DNA from: Octopus vulgaris
Lineage: Eukaryota
NCBI GenBank assembly: GCA_951406725.2
Contig: OX597830.1
Coordinates: 17,360,001-17,424,000 of the forward strand
Reading direction: 5' to 3'
Length of the DNA: 64,000 nucleotides
The notes beneath the pieces are model-generated. The model searched no databases. It saw nothing but the letters and a program-made list of their open reading frames with translations, and was not told where the DNA came from. The position numbers and the translations under genes were made by a program. Shown piece after piece: positions 57,341 through 64,000 of this stretch (the first letter of the stretch is position 1; each line of letters opens with the position of its first letter).

Positions 57341-57940
57341 GCAGCAGCAGCAGCAGCAACAACAACAACAACAACAAATAACATTGATAGTTACGAACAG
57401 GCAAGAAACGCCGCCGAATGAGAAGTGCACAAACATAGGAATTCTATCAATTCTATTCGTTTTAGCCGAGTTGCATCGAACATTTACTCTTTTACTCTTT
57501 TTATTTGTTTCAGTCATTTGACTGCGACCATGCTGGAGCACTGCCTTTAGTCGAACAAATCGACCCCAGGACTCATTATTTGTAAGCCTAGTACTTATTC
57601 TATCGGGCTCTTTCGCGGAACCGCTAAGTTATGGGCACGTAAGTATCGGTTGTCAAGCGATGGAGGACACACTCACACAAACGTGCGCGCGTGAGCGCAC
57701 ACATATATACGACAGGCTTCTTTCAGTTTCCTTCTACCAAATCCACTCACAAGGCTTTGATCGGCCCGAGCCTATAGCGTAAGACATTTGCCCATGGTGC
57801 CACGCAGTGGGACTGAACCCGGAACCATAGAATAAGTTCTAGGCTTACAAAGAATAAGCCCTGGGGTCGATTTTCTCGACTAAAAGCGGTGCTCCAGCAT
57901 GGCTGCAGTCAAATGACTGAAATAAGTAAAAGAGTAAACG

Positions 57941-58327
<387 letters not shown>

Positions 58328-59291
58328 GAATCAGAGAGCAGTGCGTGCCATCAAAATGACACTGGGGTAAAATATACGAAGCCCAGTATTCCCATCATAC
58401 ACCGGGCACATGCATCACAACCATATCTGCGCGACATGGGGATCTCGTATCAAGATTAACAGCGAGTGCAGATATATGTACTTGGTCTCCCTCTCCCCAT
58501 TTTTATTACCTTTACAAAAGATTTTCAAAAACGGAATATTTCTTTCGTGCCTAATTCATATTTACAAAACCAGTGGATTTTTTTTTATTTAATTTCCATT
58601 TAAAAAACAGAATTCTAACATTTGATGTTTTTAAATGTCAGTTCCTATTTGAGATGCTGGATAAACATTTTTGCTTACATTATATTAATTTTTTTTATAT
58701 CCCTAACTTCTTAATAAGGGGAAAAAATCGTATTGAATTGTTTTTCGCATTAAAAAACAAACATTTGAATTTTATTTGAGAAATTTGCTCCGTTTTTTGT
58801 CGGTTTGTTATTGGAATGGCGTCAAATCAACGGAGTGTTCGCAACCCACATAGGAAAAAAAATTAGTTCCATAAATAAATAAATAAATAAGTAAATTCAT
58901 GAGCAAGCGAGCATATTTTTTAGATATAGAAGGCCTTATATTTTTCAGAAAAAATCCAAATCTATTGATTAGATCTGAGAATTTGCACCGGATATTTTGT
59001 ATACAAAATATATAACGCTGACAGATTTAGATTGTTCAGAGAAAGCGAAAAACCTGTTTGAGATTGTCCCGAATGTTAATAGAGTTAAGTTTTGCCTCAG
59101 ATTTGTTTCCCAAAGCTTTTGGGATTCCAGACTTGAAAACCGCCTGCAAATCCTATATCAAACCAAATTGTGTTTCCTTACCTAACGAGTTCATCCAAGA
59201 GGAGACAAAGAGGAACGGAAACTGACTTATTTTTGCTTTTAACAGGACAGCGCAGAATTTCTTCGACTAACGCTCTGGTACATGAGGTTAT

Positions 59292-59676
59292 GTGGAGGCG
59301 CAATGGCCCAGTGGTTAGGGCAGCGGACTCGCGGTCGTAGGATCGCGGTTTCGATTCCCAGACCGGGTGTTGTGAGTGTTTATTGAGCGAAAACACCTAA
59401 AAGCTCCACGAGGCTCCGGCAGGGATGGTGGTGATCCCTGCTGTACTCTTTCACCACAACTTTCTCTCACTCTTACTTCTTGTTTCTGTTGTACCTGTAT
59501 TTCAAGGGGCCGGCCTTGTCACTCTCTATGTCACGCTGAATATCCCCGAGAACTACGTTAAGGGTGCACGTGTCTGTGGAGTGCTCAGCCACTTACACGT
59601 TAATTTCGCGAGCAGGCTGTTCCGTTGATTCGGATCAACCGGAACCCTCATCGTCGTAACCGACGGAGTGCTTCCA
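59292..59676 (+). mobile_element. Family C SINE
   Basis: Full length; TSD acatgaggtta/acatgagatta. Confidence 0.9.
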
Positions 59677-62300
59677 TCACATGAGATTACTTCATGGCCA
59701 ATCTTGGAAAGCAATGACCAAGCACCCGTTTCTCGACTATAGCAAGCAGTAGTACCCTTCATTGATGAACCAAGTGAAGAGATGCTAACGGTGAATTGTG
59801 AAGTGGGCTTCCACCCGTGTATGAGTGAGTAACATTAAATATTTTTTATGTAATATTACCATTATGTATTGCTTTAATTATTGCTTTTCAAAATTTGTTC
59901 TGCTTTTTTTTCTTTTTATAGCAAATTTTTGATCCTGCTATTGTATCACGTCTTTACCCCTTTACACTTGTCTATAACTATATTTTGTCCAGCTCTACAT
60001 ATTTGTAAACACCATGTTCTTTAACGTTTATTATCAGCCATAGCAGCAAATAAAACCTTATAATTTAGGCGGTTTGTTGGCTGATTCGTTCCTGGACCGA
60101 GAAAAATGCTTAGCGGCATTTCTTCCGACTTTAAGTTTTGAGTTCAAATGTCACCGAAGTCGACTTTGCTTTTTATCCTTTCGGGGTCGACAAAATAAGT
60201 ACTAGTTAAGCACTGGGGTCGATGTAATTGATTTTGGTCCCCTCTCCTAAATTGTACCATTAGTAGAAAGGATTATTAGGACGACGAGCTGGCAGAATCG
60301 TTAGAGCGTCCGACAAAATGTATTGCGGTATTTCTGTACGTTCTGAGTTCAAATCCCACCGCGGTCAACTTTACATTCCATCCTTTCGGGGCCGATAAAA
60401 TAAAGTACCAGTCAAATAGTAGAGTCGATGTAATCAACTGAAAATTGCGGGCTTTGTACTAACATTTAGAGTAATTATTATTTACTGCTGATCCAGTCAC
60501 ACATGTTTTTAGGTCGTTTACCGAAGCAAAAGATTTTCTCTCGTGCAACTTCATGGAATAGCATTAGCTTTTGAAAAGAAACTTATTCAGCTACAAAGTT
60601 TTGGTGAGTTTAGAAGTTTTACTTATTCAAGGCTTAGAAAAAATGGACAAATTTTATTTTTCTTCACTCCGGTTACATATAGAATATTTGGCGACGAAAA
60701 CTTCGTCATACCCAGCGAAAGAAACAAAAGTAAATCCAAGACTACAAAGCCTACATATAACAAAGTAAGAAAATACTCTTCATCAGGATACACATTACGA
60801 AAGGAGAAAGAAAACTAATGGCAATTCCATTAAAAACACCACCAAAATGAACGATGCAAGGATTTTCTTTGTCAACGATAAGAACGAGACGAAACACATT
60901 TACGTACAAACGTATATAGAGTCGAGTAAGAAAAAAAAATCGGGATGACATTTTTGTTACGAATAAAGCAGTAAAAGTCGAGGAGAAAGCAAAGAGTGGG
61001 CCTTACAAAGTTAATTCAATCCATCTAATCTCTTCTTGGCCGAACTGTGTGTACAAGAATTAGCAAAGAAAACTGACAGCTACGATCATCCCCAAAATGA
61101 CGGGAATTTTTCGTTGCCCACAAAACAGCAACTGGAAGGTTGTCTCAATGATATATAGGAAGAAATTCTGTCAATTAATATTGATAGAACTTACGGAACT
61201 GTCTACTTGGCATCGGAAACCGAGAACATATTGCCACAAGAGGCTGAAATAGTGAGATGCACACACTCCCATACGTTTTTTTCCTCAGGGTTTCAGACAG
61301 ATTATTACAAGGTAACGGCTAGTGAAATCGACATCATTATTGACCATTGACTCTCGTACAGATCTAAAGGAATAATGCTGCTAAGTAAAAGGCAATAAAA
61401 TAGATGTATGAGGCGGTGAACTAGCAGAATAGTTACTGCGCCGGACAAAATGTTTAGCGGCATTTCTTTCGGTTCTTAACGTTCTGAGTTGAAATGCTGC
61501 CGGAGTCGACTTTGCCTTTCATCCTTTCGGATCGATAAAATAAGTACCAGTTGAGCACTGGGGGTCGATGTAAGTTATTGGTCTCATCATCCTAAAATTG
61601 ATGGCATTGTGTTAAAATTTGAAAGTAGTAATAAAGGTGTGTGATAGTGTGTTAATGTTGGTATTAGCCGTCGAATTATTGAGTTGGAGGATGAAACTTT
61701 GCTCGAAGTTTGTCAGTAGACATTTACAGTGCAACCAATGCCACCAAAAGCGCCAAAATCACCACCACCACCACCACCACCACAACCACCACCACCACCA
61801 CCACCACCACCACACCATTTCACATCAATCACTCACACACATTTATGCTCATATGCGACACAGATATTTGTCCATAAAACACATACACAACACCAATAGC
61901 AAATTTCATTTGCATACCTTTAGAATAATGACGATAATAATTATGTTAAATCTGTTCTGTGGAATTTCAAGTTATTATTTCCATGGAATTATGAAAAAAT
62001 TTATAGCGTTTCCTAGTATCCAGCTTAATTACATAGCTGCCGCCATGTTTGATATGGAAGGCAAATGACAAATAAATTTCTCGTAAAAACTTTTACATTT
62101 TGATAGATTTATTTATGTTCTGAAACTTTTACACTGCATCAAATTCCTGGTCATGGTTGATTTTTTTTTGTTAGGCTGGAAGTTACACTTCCCCTCCAAA
62201 ATTACCTCAGCCATATCGATTATTCCCACGTTATTTGTCAACTATCTTTAAAAATCCACACGCACAAGCACACACTCATGTATATCACATCTTTCTCTCC

Positions 62301-62350
<50 letters not shown>

Positions 62351-62540
62351 CGGGAAACTTTATGAAAATAAACAAAAGACGAAGGCAGGTGGAATACAAA
62401 CAAACAATTGTATTAGTATGGCGCTCAGGAATATAAATAAAACAAGTCTTTTACGTTTCGAGCCTACGCTCTTCAACAGAAAGATACCCAGAAAAGAAAC
62501 ACGGAAAGAAACAAGGAGAGAAAAAAATGCGTTTATATAT

Positions 62541-62604
<64 letters not shown>

Positions 62605-62679
62605 ATATATAAACAAATTTCGTAGGAGTCATATATATTATTATTTAAAATAGTTTGATTGGGCTCCATGTAACTAAAT

Positions 62680-63175
62680 GAAATCTAGTCTTTTACGAGC
62701 TTTTTCTCACGGACAGAATCATCAATTCGGATGTGGACTGTGACCAGCTGGTCAAAATAAAAAGAGCAATCCACCAGTAGCCTCCAGAAATTGCTAGTCG
62801 TAAAGGCATTGTTTTTATCACAACCATGCCAGACTTCACACTTCTTTAGATGCACCAGAAGTTACTTGGACTTGAATGGAAAGTTTTGCCACATCCTTCA
62901 TATTCGCCCGACCTTGCACTTTTAGATTTTCGCCTGCTTGGGATTTTTCAAAATTCATTGAACTCCGAAAAAGATTAAAAATTTACCTGGAAGAGTTTTT
63001 CGCCAAGAAATTCTTTGAACGAGGAATAATGGATCTGCCTGGAAGATATCAGAAGATACTGGAACGATACGGTAATTTTATAAATCAATCACTGATTGAA
63101 TGAATTGCTTTGTGCTTAAAAATTTTGTTTCATTTTCGCGTAAGAAACCGAGCAGACGTTTTGGTCAACTCGATA
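62680..63175 (+). mobile_element. Old mariner transposase 3' relic
   Basis: RKGIVF..NHAR.HTS..QKLLGLEWKVLPHPSYSPDLA; eroded TIR near 63150-63175. Confidence 0.8.
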
Positions 63176-63344
63176 CATATACATTTATGGATACATACAC
63201 ACATACATACACACATACATACATACATACATACATACATACATACATACATACATACATACATACATACATACGTACTTACGTATATACATTGCATGTG
63301 TGTATAATTTTTAAGTAGTTTTTCGTAGCTTAAAAAATAATACA

Positions 63345-63975
63345 ATATCAGTAAAAAAAAAACCTCCTATCAAAAATAAATGTGTAAAGTTACTGGAGAT
63401 CAATTTGGAAAAGGAATATGATGGATTTGATGGAAAGGCTGAATGGATAGATAAGTTAGAACAGGTCTCCTGCGAAGATTTCTAACAAAAACTCTACAAA
63501 ACTGATGGTGCTGTACTTGAAATGGTCCTAAGAAAAATACGAAACAGGAAATCTCCTGGCCCAGGTCTTATTACACCGTATTGGTTAAAAAGCTTCAACT
63601 TACATCGGCGCGATCGAATAAACTGGGAAGAATAGTAAAAGCACATTGAACATACCGACATGGCTGTCAACAGTTACCATCCTTATCATTCGTAAAAATA
63701 GTCAAACCTCAGTAGCTAAAAATTATCGCCCGATAGCCCGTCGAAAAGCTATGTATAAAATGTAAACGAGCAGCATCAACTTGTTTCGACACTACGATTG
63801 TATCACAAACAATATTATAATGCCAGAGCAAGCTGAAAGAAATAAGGAAGTGTGAGGGTCTATTTAGTACCAAAAGTTAGCAAAATTATACAAGAAAGAG
63901 AATTAAAGAACCGCACAACGCTGGATATAATATGGCTGCATGATCAAAAATATGTTTGATAGTATGAGTGGATTA
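63345..63975 (+). mobile_element. R4/Dong-like LINE RT relic
   Basis: KAEWIDKL, KSPGPGLITPYWLKS, PTWL, AKNYRPIA, MYK and IIMPEQ motifs with stops and frameshifts. Confidence 0.75.
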
Positions 63976-64000
63976 TGAAGTGAATATGAGTGGATTATCA

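Noticed and set aside
59246-59834. Possible exon split by a SINE
   Set aside because: The rejoined sequence has stops in all frames and no recognisable protein.

Overview
AT-rich, microsatellite-saturated animal genomic DNA. The SINE families, TTAGGG repeats and repeat landscape point to a coleoid cephalopod, probably Octopus (inference). The only host gene I can support is the 3' end of a + strand chitin-binding (CBM14/peritrophin-A) gene: three phase-1 exons at 1137-1340, 6458-6631 and 10348-10505, of which the first two are recent duplicates. The rest is mobile-element debris: several tRNA-derived SINE families; Merlin, hATm and mariner DNA transposons; Helitron MITEs; and Hero, R4/Dong, RTE and CR1 LINE relics. 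Nearly all long ORFs in the track are microsatellite artefacts. The main hidden signal is about 11 type-I hammerhead-ribozyme(-like) motifs with palindromic helix III, sitting in short cassettes embedded in (TA)n/(CA)n tracts (Penelope/retrozyme-like). Three have greatly extended helix II and cluster at 34.8-36.0 kb, and two lie in sense orientation inside an intron of the chitin-binding gene. All calls were made by eye, so boundaries of degenerate relics are approximate.
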